A stretch of 64,000 nt of DNA from an uncultured Lachnospiraceae bacterium. Lineage in GTDB: Bacteria; Bacillota; Clostridia; Lachnospirales; Lachnospiraceae. Location: the NCBI GenBank assembly GCA_947626365.1, contig CANQRW010000008.1:3111-67110 (forward strand), read 5' to 3'. Positions 37,333-47,911 of this stretch are shown here, piece after piece. The notes under the pieces are model-generated. The model had not been told where the DNA came from, did no database searches, and saw nothing but the letters and a program-made list of their open reading frames with translations. Position 1 is the stretch's first letter. Each line of letters starts with the position of its first letter. The translations under genes and the position numbers were made by a program.

Positions 37333-38985
37333 TTAGCCGGCGCTTATCGGATTCGTGTCCGCTCCCCTGGGAACCGCCAGACTCCACTGGGTGTCCGGCC
37401 GGTAGATATCATATCCCGCGGCCTGCAGTTCTCTGAGGGTCAGTACCTGGCCGGTGGCGGAATCCCCTACCAGGATATCATCGATGGACAGCGTCTCCAG
37501 TACAGCTGTTTTCTTCAGGCCTACCGCCACGACCGAGTGTCCGCCGCACCGCAGCACAACCGGCATCCCGTTGGCTACCCGGTAATAGGTCTCCCTGAGC
37601 CTGCGGTCTGCAGACCACGGCTTGCTGCCGGCAATGGTCGATGTGTACGCCCATTTCGCTCCGTTCGCACCCCAGATTGTATCGGATATGCCGTCAAATT
37701 CCACATCCTTTCCAATCTGTCCCGAAATCTTGCCTACCAGCATGTCAGAATATGCTGTACAGGTAACGCTGTTCTTCTGCCGCCTGACATCGCTGGCGTC
37801 AAAACCATTTACCACCGCAAAATCCGAATAAGCGTTTCCGTGATAATTCTTTCCCATGTCATTGGAAACAAAGGATTTCGTCCCTTTGCGCACGGCTGCC
37901 CCGTCCCCGCTGATCTGATAGGTGATCTTATCAACCGTCACCTCTGTATTGGAAAGCATGCGTCCCGCATCGTCAAAACAGTAAAGATTTCCGTTGATGG
38001 CCTTGACCATCCCCCGGGCCATGGCGCCGTTTCCTTCTTTTTCCTCAAAATAATAGTAAGCGCCGTCAATAATTTGCCAGCCTATATCCATCTGGCCATT
38101 GGTATTAAAGTGGTACCTCTGTCCATCCACATCCCAGAAACAGGTATGGCACATACTTGTGTCGTCTTTAAAATAATAGTAATAACCGTCAATCCATTTC
38201 CACCCGGTAACCCTGGCATTGTTCTCATAATAGCGCCAGGCGCCGTCCTCAAACTGCCATCCGCTCTTGACTTCCTTGACTTCCGCAGTTCCTGTCCCGG
38301 AACCGTTATTGACGGCCTCAATGTGATCGATCAGGGCCATAATGTCGGCGAGGGAAACCGAAACACCGGCAGTATCTCCATCAACAAAATATCCATATCC
38401 CATTTCCAGATAACCCAGCCAGTCATCTCCCCATGAGTTCCACGCCTCTATCTGGAAATGGGAATCCGGATGCAGGATAAGCTGCCTCTCCTCCTGAATC
38501 ACTGCATTCACATAATTCTTCCACTCTTCCGTCTGATAATACTGTTTCAGGATCTCATTCTTTTTTCGATTTCCCGCATCGGAATTGCCATATTGCCTAT
38601 CCAATTCAGAAATATCCGGAGCCCCTGCCGGTTCCGGGACATTCGACCTGAAATTGATCCATTCATCGCCATAGATTCCCAGATACAGCCCAGGCCTTGC
38701 CACAACGCCCTGGCTCTCTACTGCCAGAGCATGTTCCCATTCCAGGCCGTATTTCTGCAGACTGTCCAGGATGTCCCCATAAGTGCAGCTCTGTCCCATA
38801 CCGATAAACAGTTCCCCGCAGGTAGTATCATAATCCCCCTGCGTTATTCCATAGACGCTTTCCGCTCCCCTGCGCAGCACCTCCGGATTCAGCTTCAGAT
38901 CCGCCGCCCGGACAGTCAGCGGGGAACATAGAGCCGCCGCCAGAAACAGCGCAACCGCCGTCATGTGTCTTGCCAATGCTTTCAT
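37333..38985 (-). CDS. Secreted cell-wall-binding-repeat protein with putative C-terminal papain-like (C39-like) domain
   Basis: Signal peptide (TVRA), choline/CW-binding repeats (GWKWIDGYYYYF, GWQIIDGAYYYF) and a C-terminal VTCTAYS...GMPVVL..GGHSVVAVG segment. Confidence 0.7.
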   Translation of the reverse strand: MKALARHMTAVALFLAAALCSPLTVRAADLKLNPEVLRRGAESVYGITQGDYDTTCGELFIGMGQSCTYGDILDSLQKYGLEWEHALAVESQGVVARPGLYLGIYGDEWINFRSNVPEPAGAPDISELDRQYGNSDAGNRKKNEILKQYYQTEEWKNYVNAVIQEERQLILHPDSHFQIEAWNSWGDDWLGYLEMGYGYFVDGDTAGVSVSLADIMALIDHIEAVNNGSGTGTAEVKEVKSGWQFEDGAWRYYENNARVTGWKWIDGYYYYFKDDTSMCHTCFWDVDGQRYHFNTNGQMDIGWQIIDGAYYYFEEKEGNGAMARGMVKAINGNLYCFDDAGRMLSNTEVTVDKITYQISGDGAAVRKGTKSFVSNDMGKNYHGNAYSDFAVVNGFDASDVRRQKNSVTCTAYSDMLVGKISGQIGKDVEFDGISDTIWGANGAKWAYTSTIAGSKPWSADRRLRETYYRVANGMPVVLRCGGHSVVAVGLKKTAVLETLSIDDILVGDSATGQVLTLRELQAAGYDIYRPDTQWSLAVPRGADTNPISAG

Positions 38986-39125
38986 CAGATAACCTCCTTC
39001 TTCTCGTTGATATTGATTTCTATTATATCCGCTGAATCTCTTATTGTCAATTTATAATATCAATTTGATAATGAAATATCATCTTGACCAATATAATATA
39101 TTGGTTAGATGGAGGGATTATCTGT

Positions 39126-39422
39126 ATGATAGCAGAGCGGATCAAACTCTTACGTGAAAAGAACAAGATGACGCAGAGTATGCTGGCCAAAAAACTGAAT
39201 GTCACAAGAAGTTCCGTGAATGCATGGGAAATGGGAGTATCCGTTCCCTCTACCGCTCTGATCATCGAGCTTGCCAGATATTTTAAGGTCTCAACCGACT
39301 ATCTGCTGGGCCTTCAGGATACCGCCACCCTGGATATTTCCTCGCTGAATGAACGCGAAATCGCAATCCTCTATGAGTTGATCCAGTATTTCAATTCTAC
39401 CAGAAACAAAACTTCTCATTAA
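39126..39422 (+). CDS. XRE family HTH regulator
   Basis: IKLLRE..MTQSMLAKKL.VTRSSVNAWEMG..VSTDYLLG. Confidence 0.9.
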   Translation: MIAERIKLLREKNKMTQSMLAKKLNVTRSSVNAWEMGVSVPSTALIIELARYFKVSTDYLLGLQDTATLDISSLNEREIAILYELIQYFNSTRNKTSH

Positions 39423-39433
39423 AAGGGGCTGTG

Positions 39434-40069
39434 TCACCTCAGAATCTCTCTGATCACCGGCGCCAGCGCTTCCGCCAGCCTTCTGTGGCTCTCACCATCC
39501 ATATGAAGCTGATCGGAACCGGGGCCGGCTACCTTTGCCGCGTCCAGGAACTCACAGCCGGTCTGGGCAGCCAGGTTCTCATAGAGGGCCGCCAGCTGCT
39601 TCACCTTCTCCGCCGATTCTTCATTGAAAGTCTCAAAAATGCTGTTGGCTACGTCCGGCCCCATATGAATGGGCGAGATCAGAAGGATCCGGGGCACCTG
39701 GCCTCCAGGGCCGTAATCAAACCGCTTCACAATATCCACCAGCACGCTCATGCCCCGGGTGATGGTCCGGGGACTGGCGCTGAAAATGCTTTTGCAGTCG
39801 TTAGTTCCCAGCGACAGGATTACCAGATCCAGGGGCCGATGGGTGCGCAGCGCCGCCGGCAGAAAATCCTTGCCGCAGCGGTCGGGCTCCAGCGGGTCGT
39901 CCCATACCGTGGTCCTGCCTCCCAGCCCCTCCTCTATCACATAGTAATCTTCTCCCAAAAGCCGCTGCAGCCTGCCGGGCCACCGTACCTCATAAGGGTG
40001 ACGGGGCGGAACCTTGTCCGGGTTGCTGCCGTTGGTATTGGAATCTCCGAAACACAGAATGGTCTTCAT
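39434..40069 (-). CDS. SGNH/GDSL hydrolase
   Basis: CFGDSNT, EEGLGGRTT, LGTND and DQLH motifs. Confidence 0.92.
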   Translation of the reverse strand: MKTILCFGDSNTNGSNPDKVPPRHPYEVRWPGRLQRLLGEDYYVIEEGLGGRTTVWDDPLEPDRCGKDFLPAALRTHRPLDLVILSLGTNDCKSIFSASPRTITRGMSVLVDIVKRFDYGPGGQVPRILLISPIHMGPDVANSIFETFNEESAEKVKQLAALYENLAAQTGCEFLDAAKVAGPGSDQLHMDGESHRRLAEALAPVIREILR

Positions 40070-40085
40070 TGTCTTTCCTCCTCTA

Positions 40086-40682
40086 CTATCTATCGATCAG
40101 TTCTTCCATCCGAATCTTCAGTTCAGGAAACAGATGAAAATTTACTTCCTCATCAAATCCGTACTGACAATTCTGGCTTTCGTTCTCAAACCAGAATACG
40201 GTTATATTTTCTCTCACAGGATCAATAATCCAGTATTCCCGCACTCCTGCGGTACGATATTTCAATACTTTTATACCGAAATCCCGCTGTTTGGCGGATT
40301 TTGACACCACTTCAACAACCAGATCCGGAGCACCGTAACAGGCATCCTCACGAATCTTTTCGGAATCACAGATAACGAAAATATCCGGCTCGACACGAGT
40401 CTTATCATCCCGATTCAGATAGATATCCAACGGTGCCTGAAATACCTTGCAATTCCCGCCATTCTCCTTAATAAAAGAGCGAATCTCAAAAAACAATTCA
40501 CCTGTTATTTTTTGATGTATGACTCGCGGCGACGCAAACAGATATATCTGTCCGTCGATGATCTCTGCCCTTGTATCCTCCGGAAGCGCGTCAACATCTA
40601 TTACCGTATAATCTTTTCTTTCTGCTAATGCCATATTCTTTTTAATGATTTCTTCCTCTCCGACAGGCTCGCAGAAACACAT
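40086..40682 (-). CDS. Uma2 family PD-(D/E)xK nuclease-fold protein
   Basis: AEIIDGQI, VEPDIFV, APDLVVEVVS and GVREYWIID motifs. Confidence 0.9.
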   Translation of the reverse strand: MCFCEPVGEEEIIKKNMALAERKDYTVIDVDALPEDTRAEIIDGQIYLFASPRVIHQKITGELFFEIRSFIKENGGNCKVFQAPLDIYLNRDDKTRVEPDIFVICDSEKIREDACYGAPDLVVEVVSKSAKQRDFGIKVLKYRTAGVREYWIIDPVRENITVFWFENESQNCQYGFDEEVNFHLFPELKIRMEELIDR

Positions 40683-40855
40683 ACCCAGGCTCCTCCTTTC
40701 CGTCATTTACCTTCAGTATACATAAATAATTAATATAAATAATCTATAAAATATTTATAAAATTCTGCGGCGGGGTTTTAGTGCCATGCTTTTCTCCCGC
40801 CGCAGTACTCTTATTTATGTTTCAAATTGCCGAAATTTACAGCGTTATTCCCCCC

Positions 40856-41509
40856 CTACTCTCCAAATACCGCCAGATAGTCTTTCTTAAACTTCTCGAT
40901 TCCCTGGTCGGTCAGCGGATGCTTCACCATCTGCATCAGAACTTTGTAGGGAACAGTGGCGATGTCGGCTCCTGCCCTGGCACACTCGATCACATGAATC
41001 GTGTGGCGGATACTGGCGGCGATGATCTGGGTCTCGATGTCGTGGAGCGCGAAAATATCCGCGATATCCTCGATCAGCTCAATACCCGGCGTGGAGATAT
41101 CGTCCAGCCTTCCCAGGAAGGGGGACACAAACGCGGCTCCGGCACGGGCGGCCAGAAGGGCCTGGGCCGTGGTAAACACCAGCGTCACATTGGTCCGGAT
41201 TCCCTCGGCGCTGAGAACCTTCACCGCCTTAAGGCCTTCCGCGGTCATGGGAATCTTTACCACCATGTTGGGATGGATGGCCGCAATCTCCCGGCCCTCC
41301 CTGATCATACCCGCCGCGTCGGTGGTAGTTGCCTTTACTTCGCCGCTGATGGGGCCGTCCACAATAGAGGCAATCTCCGCGATTACCTGGTTAAAATCCC
41401 TGCCTTCCTTGGCGATAAGGGACGGGTTGGTGGTCACGCCGCAGATGATCCCCATGTCGTTGGCTTCCCGAATCTCGTCCACATTGGCCGTATCAATAAA
41501 AAATTTCAT
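40856..41509 (-). CDS. fsa: Transaldolase / fructose-6-phosphate aldolase family
   Basis: [24 protein letters not shown] and SPFLGRLDD motifs. Confidence 0.95.
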   Translation of the reverse strand: MKFFIDTANVDEIREANDMGIICGVTTNPSLIAKEGRDFNQVIAEIASIVDGPISGEVKATTTDAAGMIREGREIAAIHPNMVVKIPMTAEGLKAVKVLSAEGIRTNVTLVFTTAQALLAARAGAAFVSPFLGRLDDISTPGIELIEDIADIFALHDIETQIIAASIRHTIHVIECARAGADIATVPYKVLMQMVKHPLTDQGIEKFKKDYLAVFGE

Positions 41510-41569
41510 AAATACAATCCTCCTTTTTCAATCATAATCGTATAAGCAGGCCGCCATAATCGGGACCGC

Positions 41570-41672
41570 TGTAATTAAAGCTATTGTAATCAGAGCCGCT
41601 GTAATCAGAGCCGCTGTAATCAGAGCCGCTGTAATCAGAGCCGCTGTAATGGGGCAGACCCGGGTCTGCCCC
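41570..41672. repeat. 15-bp tandem repeat (TGTAATCAGAGCCGC x4 plus degenerate copies) next to a perfect 10-bp-stem hairpin
   Basis: Exact units at 41585, 41600, 41615 and 41630, followed by GGGGCAGACC-CG-GGTCTGCCCC at 41651-41672. Confidence 0.92.
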
Positions 41673-41692
41673 GCTGCTGATGATTATAATGA

Positions 41693-43675
41693 TTACAACG
41701 ATTTCACCGTCTTCACTACATTATCCACCGTGAATCCGAAATGCTCAAACAATTTCGCGTAAGGACCGCTGGTTCCAAAGCCTTTCATGGTCACGCAGGC
41801 TCCGTCCAGTCCCACGTATTTTCCCCAGCCGAAATCGCTGAGCGCTTCGATCGCCACACGCCTGCGGACGCTCTTTGGCAGAACCGATTCCTGATATTCC
41901 GCGCTCTGTTCCTCGAAAATATCCATGCAGGGCATGGAGACCACACGGACCTTCATGCCTTCCTCTGCCAGAACCGCCTTGGCCTTCACCGCCAGACTCA
42001 CCTCGGAGCCGCTGGCCATGAGAATCACATCCGGCGTTCCCTCGCAGTCGTCAAGGACATAACCGCCCCGCAGGGCCTCTTTTCCGGTGCCTGCCACCGG
42101 GTCCAGATTCTGTCTGGTGAGAATCAGCGCTGTGGGGGTTCTTGTGGAGGTCATAGCGCTGTACCAGGCAGCCGCCGTCTCCACGCTGTCACATGGGCGG
42201 AACGCATGGAAGTTCGGCATGGAACGCAGCATGGCCATCTGTTCCACCGGCTCATGGGTAGGGCCGTCCTCGCCCACGCCGATGCCGTCGTGACTGAATA
42301 CGAAAGTCAGCGGCAGCTGCATAATGGAAGAAAGTCTCGCCATGGGCTTCGTATAATCGCTGAACACAAAGAATGTAGCCACGTAGGGCTTCAAACCGCC
42401 GTGAAGAGCCAGGCCGTTGCCGATAGCGGTCATGGCCTGCTCCCTCACTCCGAAATGGAGGTTTCTTCCCTCGGGAGTCTGTCTGGAGAAGTCCCCGATC
42501 CCGGACATGGCGGTCTTGTTGGACGGACTCAGATCAGCGGAACCGCCGATCATGTTGGGCAGCTTATCCTTTATATAATTGATCAGCCGGCCGGATATGG
42601 CCCTGGTAGCCTCCGGCTTTTCAGACGGTTTCCAGAACTCCTCGTCATCCCAGAGGATCTCGGCCTCATGTTCATCATGATACTGATTCCACAGGGCCTC
42701 CATCTCCGGATATTCCTCACAGTAAGCCGCAAACATCACATTCCACGCGGCGCACTGGTCTGCCTTCTCCAACGCGATCTGATGGTAATGTTCATAGACC
42801 TCCTGCGGCACATAGAAAGGCTCCTGAGACGGCCATTCCAGGAATTCCTTCATGGCGCGGATATTGTCCTCGCCCAGCGGCTCTCCATGGGCGCTGGCTT
42901 TGCCCTGCTTGGCCGGACAGCCGTAGCCGATCTGCGTCTTAACCGTGATGAAGGAAGGCCTGGACAGATCAGACTTGGCCAGTTCAATGGCTGCCCCGAT
43001 GGCCTCCAGATCATTGCCGTCCTCCACGGTGATGGTCTGGAATCCGAAGGCCTTCACTCTCTCCTGCACATTCTCGGTAAAGGCGATATCCGTACTTCCT
43101 TCAATGGAGATTCCGTTGGAATCATAGAGAACGATCAGTTTTCCCAGTCCCAGGGTACCGGCCAGAGAGAGCGCCTCCGAGGAAATGCCTTCCATCATAC
43201 AGCCGTCGCCGGCCAGCACAAAGGTATAGTGATCCACAACGGGATAATTTTCTTTATTAAATACTGCCGCCAGATGGGCTTCTGCCATAGCCATTCCCAC
43301 TGCCATGCCGAGCCCCTGTCCCAGGGGACCAGTCGTCGCTTCTACGCCCACGGTATGACGGTATTCCGGATGTCCCGGCGTCATGGAACCGAGCTGACGG
43401 AAATTCATAATGTCCTCTCTTGACAGATTTCCGTATCCGTACAAATGCAAAAGGGAATACAGAAGCATCGACCCGTGGCCGCCTGACAGTACAAAGCGGT
43501 CCCTGTCCGGCCAGTCCGGTTCCGCCGGGTTATGATTCATATGATTGGCCCAGAGCTCATAGGCCATAGGCGCAGCTCCCAGGGGAAGTCCCGGATGTCC
43601 GGATTTGGCCTTCTGAATCGCATCCGCTGAAAGGATTCGGATAGCGTTTACGGCATTTTCCTGTATTGTTTTCAT
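41693..43675 (-). CDS. tkt: Transketolase
   Basis: [23 protein letters not shown] and GEDGPTH motifs. Confidence 0.97.
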   Translation of the reverse strand: MKTIQENAVNAIRILSADAIQKAKSGHPGLPLGAAPMAYELWANHMNHNPAEPDWPDRDRFVLSGGHGSMLLYSLLHLYGYGNLSREDIMNFRQLGSMTPGHPEYRHTVGVEATTGPLGQGLGMAVGMAMAEAHLAAVFNKENYPVVDHYTFVLAGDGCMMEGISSEALSLAGTLGLGKLIVLYDSNGISIEGSTDIAFTENVQERVKAFGFQTITVEDGNDLEAIGAAIELAKSDLSRPSFITVKTQIGYGCPAKQGKASAHGEPLGEDNIRAMKEFLEWPSQEPFYVPQEVYEHYHQIALEKADQCAAWNVMFAAYCEEYPEMEALWNQYHDEHEAEILWDDEEFWKPSEKPEATRAISGRLINYIKDKLPNMIGGSADLSPSNKTAMSGIGDFSRQTPEGRNLHFGVREQAMTAIGNGLALHGGLKPYVATFFVFSDYTKPMARLSSIMQLPLTFVFSHDGIGVGEDGPTHEPVEQMAMLRSMPNFHAFRPCDSVETAAAWYSAMTSTRTPTALILTRQNLDPVAGTGKEALRGGYVLDDCEGTPDVILMASGSEVSLAVKAKAVLAEEGMKVRVVSMPCMDIFEEQSAEYQESVLPKSVRRRVAIEALSDFGWGKYVGLDGACVTMKGFGTSGPYAKLFEHFGFTVDNVVKTVKSL

Positions 43676-43693
43676 AGATTGTCTCTCCTCTTC

Positions 43694-44392
43694 TCATTTT
43701 GCCTGCCCATAATAGGCATTCGCACCGTGTTTTCTGTAATAATGTTTGTCCTGCAGTTCCTGCGGCGCAGGCTTGTTATCCGGATTCAGCCACTCGCATC
43801 GGGCGGCCATTTTGGCTACTTCTTCCAATACTACCGCGTTGTGAACCGCCGTGTGGGCGTCCCTGCCCCAGGTAAAGGGGCCGTGGTTTTTACACAGCAC
43901 TGCGGGCATAGCCTCATAATCCAGATGGTTCTTTTCAAAATACTCTGCAATAAGGATTCCCGTATTTTTCTCGTAATCCTGCTCAATCTCTTCCTTTGTC
44001 AGGTTCCTCACGCAGGGAACCTCCCCGTACAGATAATCCGCGTGAGTGGTTCCGTAGCAGGGAATCCCTCTCCCCGCCTGAGCCCAGCTTGTGGCCCAGG
44101 ATGAATGGGTATGCACTACGCCTCCGATATCAGGAAAACAGTTGTACAGCACCACATGGGTCGGCGTGTCCGATGAAGGATTCAGCTTTCCTTCCACCCG
44201 ATTTCCCTTCAGGTCCATCACCACCATGTCATCCGGCGTCAGCTTGTCATAATCCACGCCGCTGGGCTTGATGACGAAAAGCCCTTTTTCCCGGTCAATC
44301 CCGCTTGCGTTCCCCCAGGTAAATGTCACCAGACCATACCGGGGAAGCAGCATATTGGCCTCATATACTTCCTTCTTCAGCTGTTCCAGCAC
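43694..44392 (-). CDS. araD: L-ribulose-5-phosphate 4-epimerase
   Basis: [22 protein letters not shown] and HGANAYYGQ motifs. GTG start at 44392 after GGAGGA. Confidence 0.95.
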   Translation of the reverse strand: MLEQLKKEVYEANMLLPRYGLVTFTWGNASGIDREKGLFVIKPSGVDYDKLTPDDMVVMDLKGNRVEGKLNPSSDTPTHVVLYNCFPDIGGVVHTHSSWATSWAQAGRGIPCYGTTHADYLYGEVPCVRNLTKEEIEQDYEKNTGILIAEYFEKNHLDYEAMPAVLCKNHGPFTWGRDAHTAVHNAVVLEEVAKMAARCEWLNPDNKPAPQELQDKHYYRKHGANAYYGQAK

Positions 44393-44439
44393 AGACAATC
44401 TCCTCCTTTTCTCAAGCCGTTCGTCTCCCTGCCTGATCA

Positions 44440-44567
44440 TCTCCTGCCAGGCGGCTTCATCTGCCGTTTCATCGCCTGTCAGGCAGCTTCATCCGCCATT
44501 TCGTCTCCTGTCAGGCGGCTTCATCCGCTGCTTCGTCTCCTGCCAGGCGGCTTCACCCGCTGCCATC
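44440..44567. repeat. 32-bp tandem repeat x4, intergenic
   Basis: TCTCCTGYCAGGCGGCTTCATCCGCYRYTTCR-like units at 44440, 44472, 44504 and 44536. Confidence 0.9.
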
Positions 44568-46161
44568 AGCTCAGATAGTCAAGAGCCGCCTGCTCGATGG
44601 GAATCCCCTTCTTATATCTCTCGATAAATTTCTCAAAGCCTGCCGCCATAGCCGCATCCGGCTTCATCTCTTCGCCTGCGGCGCCTGCAAACACCTTCTC
44701 GGACAGATAATGCCCCAGGCTCTCTCCTTCCTCCTTGCGCAGCATATAGGATGCCAGCAGAGCCATGCCCCAAGGGCCGCCCTCGCCGGCCGTCTCCATC
44801 ACCGTCACCGGCGCATTGATGGCGGCAGCCAGGATTCCCTGACCTACGCCTTTGGTCTTAAACAGTCCGCCATGTCCCAGAATGGAATCGATTTTCACCT
44901 GCTCCTCTTTCAGGAGAATGTCCATACCCACCTTCAGAGCACCCAGCGCCGTATACAGGTGGACCCTCATGAAATTGGCCAGATTAAAGCTGCTCTCCGG
45001 GGACCTGACAAACAGCGGCCGCCCTTCGCTGACCCCGGTAATATTCTCACCGGACAGATACCCGTAGGACAGAAGTCCTCCGCAGTCCGCATCGCCTTCC
45101 AGGGCTTTCCGGTACAGAGTACCGTACAGCTGGTTCATATCCGCCTTCACGCCAAAGCTCTCCGCAAACTCCCGGAAAAGCCCTACCCAGGCATTCAGAT
45201 CGGAAGTGCAGTTGTTGGCATGAACCATTCCTACCAGATTCCCGTCGGGGGTCGTCACCAGATCGATCTCCGGATGCACCTTTTTCAGTTCCTTTTCCAG
45301 CACGATCATAGCAAATACGGAAGTTCCGGCCGACACATTGCCGGTGCGCACGGCCACGCTGTTGGTGGCGGCCATTCCGGTTCCGGCGTCTCCCTCCGGC
45401 GGGCAGACCGGCACGCCTGGCTCAAGGAGACCGCTTTCATCCAGAAGCCTGGCCCCCTCTTCCGTCAGGACTCCCGCCGGCTCCCCGGCAGTGAGAATCT
45501 CAGGAAGAATATCCCCAAGTTTCCAGGGATAATTCCTGTCTGCCACCAGACGGTCAAACTGCTCCATCATGGAAACATCATAGCTGCCCGTCTTCCGGTC
45601 GATGGGAAACATTCCTGAGGCGTCGCCGACTCCCAGAACCTTTCTGCCGGTCAGTTTCCAGTGGATATAGCCTGCCAGCGTGGTGAAAAACGCCACATGC
45701 TCCACATGCTCCTCCCCATTGAGAATCGCCTGGTACAGATGGGCGATGCTCCACCTCTGGGGGATATTGTAATGAAACAGCTCCGTAAGGGCCTCCGATG
45801 CCGGACCGGTTATGCCGTTTCTCCAGGTACGGAAGGGCACCAGGAGATTGTCCTCCTTATCAAAGGCCATGTAGCCGTGCATCATGGCGGAAAATCCCAT
45901 GGCTCCGATCCGGGTCAGCTTCACGCCGTACTTCTCCTCCACATCCGCCGCCAGACGGCTGTAACAGTCCCGAAGTCCCGTCCAGATATCCTCCAGGCTG
46001 TAGGTCCAGATTCCATTCTCCAGCCGGTTCTCCCATTCATGATCACCGGAAGCAATGGGGGTGTGGGTCTCGTCAACCAGAACCGCCTTGATCCTGGTGG
46101 AGCCAAATTCAAGTCCCAGCACCGTCCTTCCTTCCGTGATTGCCTCTCTGCGTCCGTCCAT
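44566..46161 (-). CDS. FGGY-family pentulose kinase (probable L-ribulokinase)
   Basis: [28 protein letters not shown] and GEGGPWG motifs. Directly upstream of araD. Confidence 0.85.
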   Translation of the reverse strand: MDGRREAITEGRTVLGLEFGSTRIKAVLVDETHTPIASGDHEWENRLENGIWTYSLEDIWTGLRDCYSRLAADVEEKYGVKLTRIGAMGFSAMMHGYMAFDKEDNLLVPFRTWRNGITGPASEALTELFHYNIPQRWSIAHLYQAILNGEEHVEHVAFFTTLAGYIHWKLTGRKVLGVGDASGMFPIDRKTGSYDVSMMEQFDRLVADRNYPWKLGDILPEILTAGEPAGVLTEEGARLLDESGLLEPGVPVCPPEGDAGTGMAATNSVAVRTGNVSAGTSVFAMIVLEKELKKVHPEIDLVTTPDGNLVGMVHANNCTSDLNAWVGLFREFAESFGVKADMNQLYGTLYRKALEGDADCGGLLSYGYLSGENITGVSEGRPLFVRSPESSFNLANFMRVHLYTALGALKVGMDILLKEEQVKIDSILGHGGLFKTKGVGQGILAAAINAPVTVMETAGEGGPWGMALLASYMLRKEEGESLGHYLSEKVFAGAAGEEMKPDAAMAAGFEKFIERYKKGIPIEQAALDYLS

Positions 46162-46203
46162 ATCCTTTTTCCCCTCCAAACAACATTCTATGATTTTCTC
46201 TTG

Positions 46204-46219
46204 AATTGTCCGTTCAAAT
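46204..46219 (-). promoter_or_regulatory. Putative AraR-like operator
   Basis: The minus strand reads ATTTGAACGGACAATT, 13/16 matches to the B. subtilis AraR box ATTTGTACGTACAAAT, about 45 bp upstream of the kinase start. Confidence 0.5.
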
Positions 46220-46286
46220 TATCCTGCCCTGCCGCAGAGGACACCCAGGAAACACCCGGGAAACATCTCCGCGGCAGGAAAACCGA

Positions 46287-47762
46287 TCATTCCGCGGCCG
46301 CCCCGGAACAAAATCCCTCGTAATCCTCCAGGTACAGCTCACGGCTCCGCTTCAGATGAACCGCCGCCTCGCCGTCACGGAATCCAAACTCCATCCACAA
46401 AACTCCAGGCTCCTCATCCAGCAGCTCCACCCGGAGCAGCAGCTGATTGGCAGGACCGATCCACGCCTGAGCCATGGCCGGCGTGTCCTCCCGGTTCTCC
46501 AGCAGGAACCGCTCTCCCTGCGCAAAGGAACGGTTGTCGGCAGGCTGGTCCGTCACAACAAATGGAATCTCCCAGTTTCCCCTGCGGTTCTCATACCGCA
46601 GGCTGCCGCGGGCTTTGCCCTGCAGCGGAGGCTCCGAACCATCCTCCTTCGCAGGATTACTCACATCTTCATTTATCTCCAGCCGGAAGGATTTCCAGCC
46701 CGCCGGATTCTCCTGAAGCACGTAGGTCCGTCCGAGACCGTCTCGAACCGCCTCCGTCCCGGCAAAAAGAAAGCTTCTCCGGTAATCCGCCTGGGTCCAT
46801 GCCTTGTGGGCCGGGCCGGTGCTTCTCTTCACGATCTCCGGATAAATGTACTCATAAAATGCATCATAGATGCTCTGCTGCCCCGCCGGGTCTCCATGGG
46901 TGTAGGCCGTAGTCACAAACACAGCATCGTACTCCGGGAAGCACATGACCAGCTGGCCTCCCATACCGTACAGGACAAAACCGCCTTTCCGGTTCAGCCA
47001 GAACTGGTAACCGTACCCTTTCCGCTCATCTACCACGCCCTGAAGCCCGGTTCCCGTCTGATAATTCAGCGCCCGCAGAAGATAATTTTCCGGAAGCAGC
47101 TGCTTCCCCTGCCAGTTCCCCAGATGGTTTAGCAGGTGTCCCAAGCGCGCCAGGTCTTCGGTGGTGCCCATCAGGCCGGAACCGCCGTTGGAAACTCCGT
47201 CCGGCGTCTCGGACACATAGGCATCCTGAAAGATTCCCACTGCGTCAAATACCTTTTCCCGCAGATAATCCAGAAGCTTCCGCCCGCTCAGCTTCTCTGC
47301 CAGGGCGGTCATCACTATGCTGGCAGACGTATCGTAGGAAAATACGGTACCCGGGCAGTGATTCGGCTTCACCCGGAAAAAGGATTCCACCCACCGGTCC
47401 GTGGCGATCTGCTTGTACGTGGTCATGCTGTGGCAACTTTCCATGCGAAGCATATCCACGATCCGGCATTCCTTAAGCCAGGGAGAGATTTCTCCGTCTT
47501 CCGGCGCAAACTCCGGGAAATACTGGCAGATACTGTCCGTAAGGCAAAGCTTCCCCTCTTCCTCCAAAAATCCTATGGCCAGGGAGGTCAGGCTCTTGGT
47601 GATAGAAAACATCCGGTGTCTGGTCTCGCGGCCGTAAGGCGGACGATACCATTGGGCCGTGATCCGGCCCCCTTCCATCAGAAGAAAACTGTGAAGGTTC
47701 ACTTCCCGTTCCAGTATTTTCTCCTGAAACCGCTCAATCGACTCTGTCATAATACATTCCAT
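46287..47762 (-). CDS. Serine hydrolase (beta-lactamase class C/esterase-like fold)
   Basis: FSITKSL (SxxK), PGTVFSYD, YGYQFW and GMGGQ motifs, with no signal peptide. Confidence 0.85.
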   Translation of the reverse strand: MECIMTESIERFQEKILEREVNLHSFLLMEGGRITAQWYRPPYGRETRHRMFSITKSLTSLAIGFLEEEGKLCLTDSICQYFPEFAPEDGEISPWLKECRIVDMLRMESCHSMTTYKQIATDRWVESFFRVKPNHCPGTVFSYDTSASIVMTALAEKLSGRKLLDYLREKVFDAVGIFQDAYVSETPDGVSNGGSGLMGTTEDLARLGHLLNHLGNWQGKQLLPENYLLRALNYQTGTGLQGVVDERKGYGYQFWLNRKGGFVLYGMGGQLVMCFPEYDAVFVTTAYTHGDPAGQQSIYDAFYEYIYPEIVKRSTGPAHKAWTQADYRRSFLFAGTEAVRDGLGRTYVLQENPAGWKSFRLEINEDVSNPAKEDGSEPPLQGKARGSLRYENRRGNWEIPFVVTDQPADNRSFAQGERFLLENREDTPAMAQAWIGPANQLLLRVELLDEEPGVLWMEFGFRDGEAAVHLKRSRELYLEDYEGFCSGAAAE

Positions 47763-47911
47763 CTTCCTTTCTCCGGTCTCCTTTCGGCTTCATGACGTCA
47801 TAAACCGCCTGTGATATACCGTCATAACGCCGCGGGCCCCGGAATTCAGAAAAAGGGGCTGCCGCAAAACGCCTTTTCGCCTCCGTCTGCGGCAGCTCCT
47901 TCACAGCAGAT

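Noticed and set aside
44440-44567. CRISPR array (32-bp repeats)
   Set aside because: The units are contiguous with no spacers. The same applies to the repeats at 8331, 23808 and 41585.
46287-47762. Antibiotic-resistance beta-lactamase
   Set aside because: It shares the fold only. There is no signal peptide, it lacks class A/C hallmark motifs beyond SxxK, and it sits in a sugar-catabolic context. The MBL-fold gene at 24161 is likewise not called a resistance gene.
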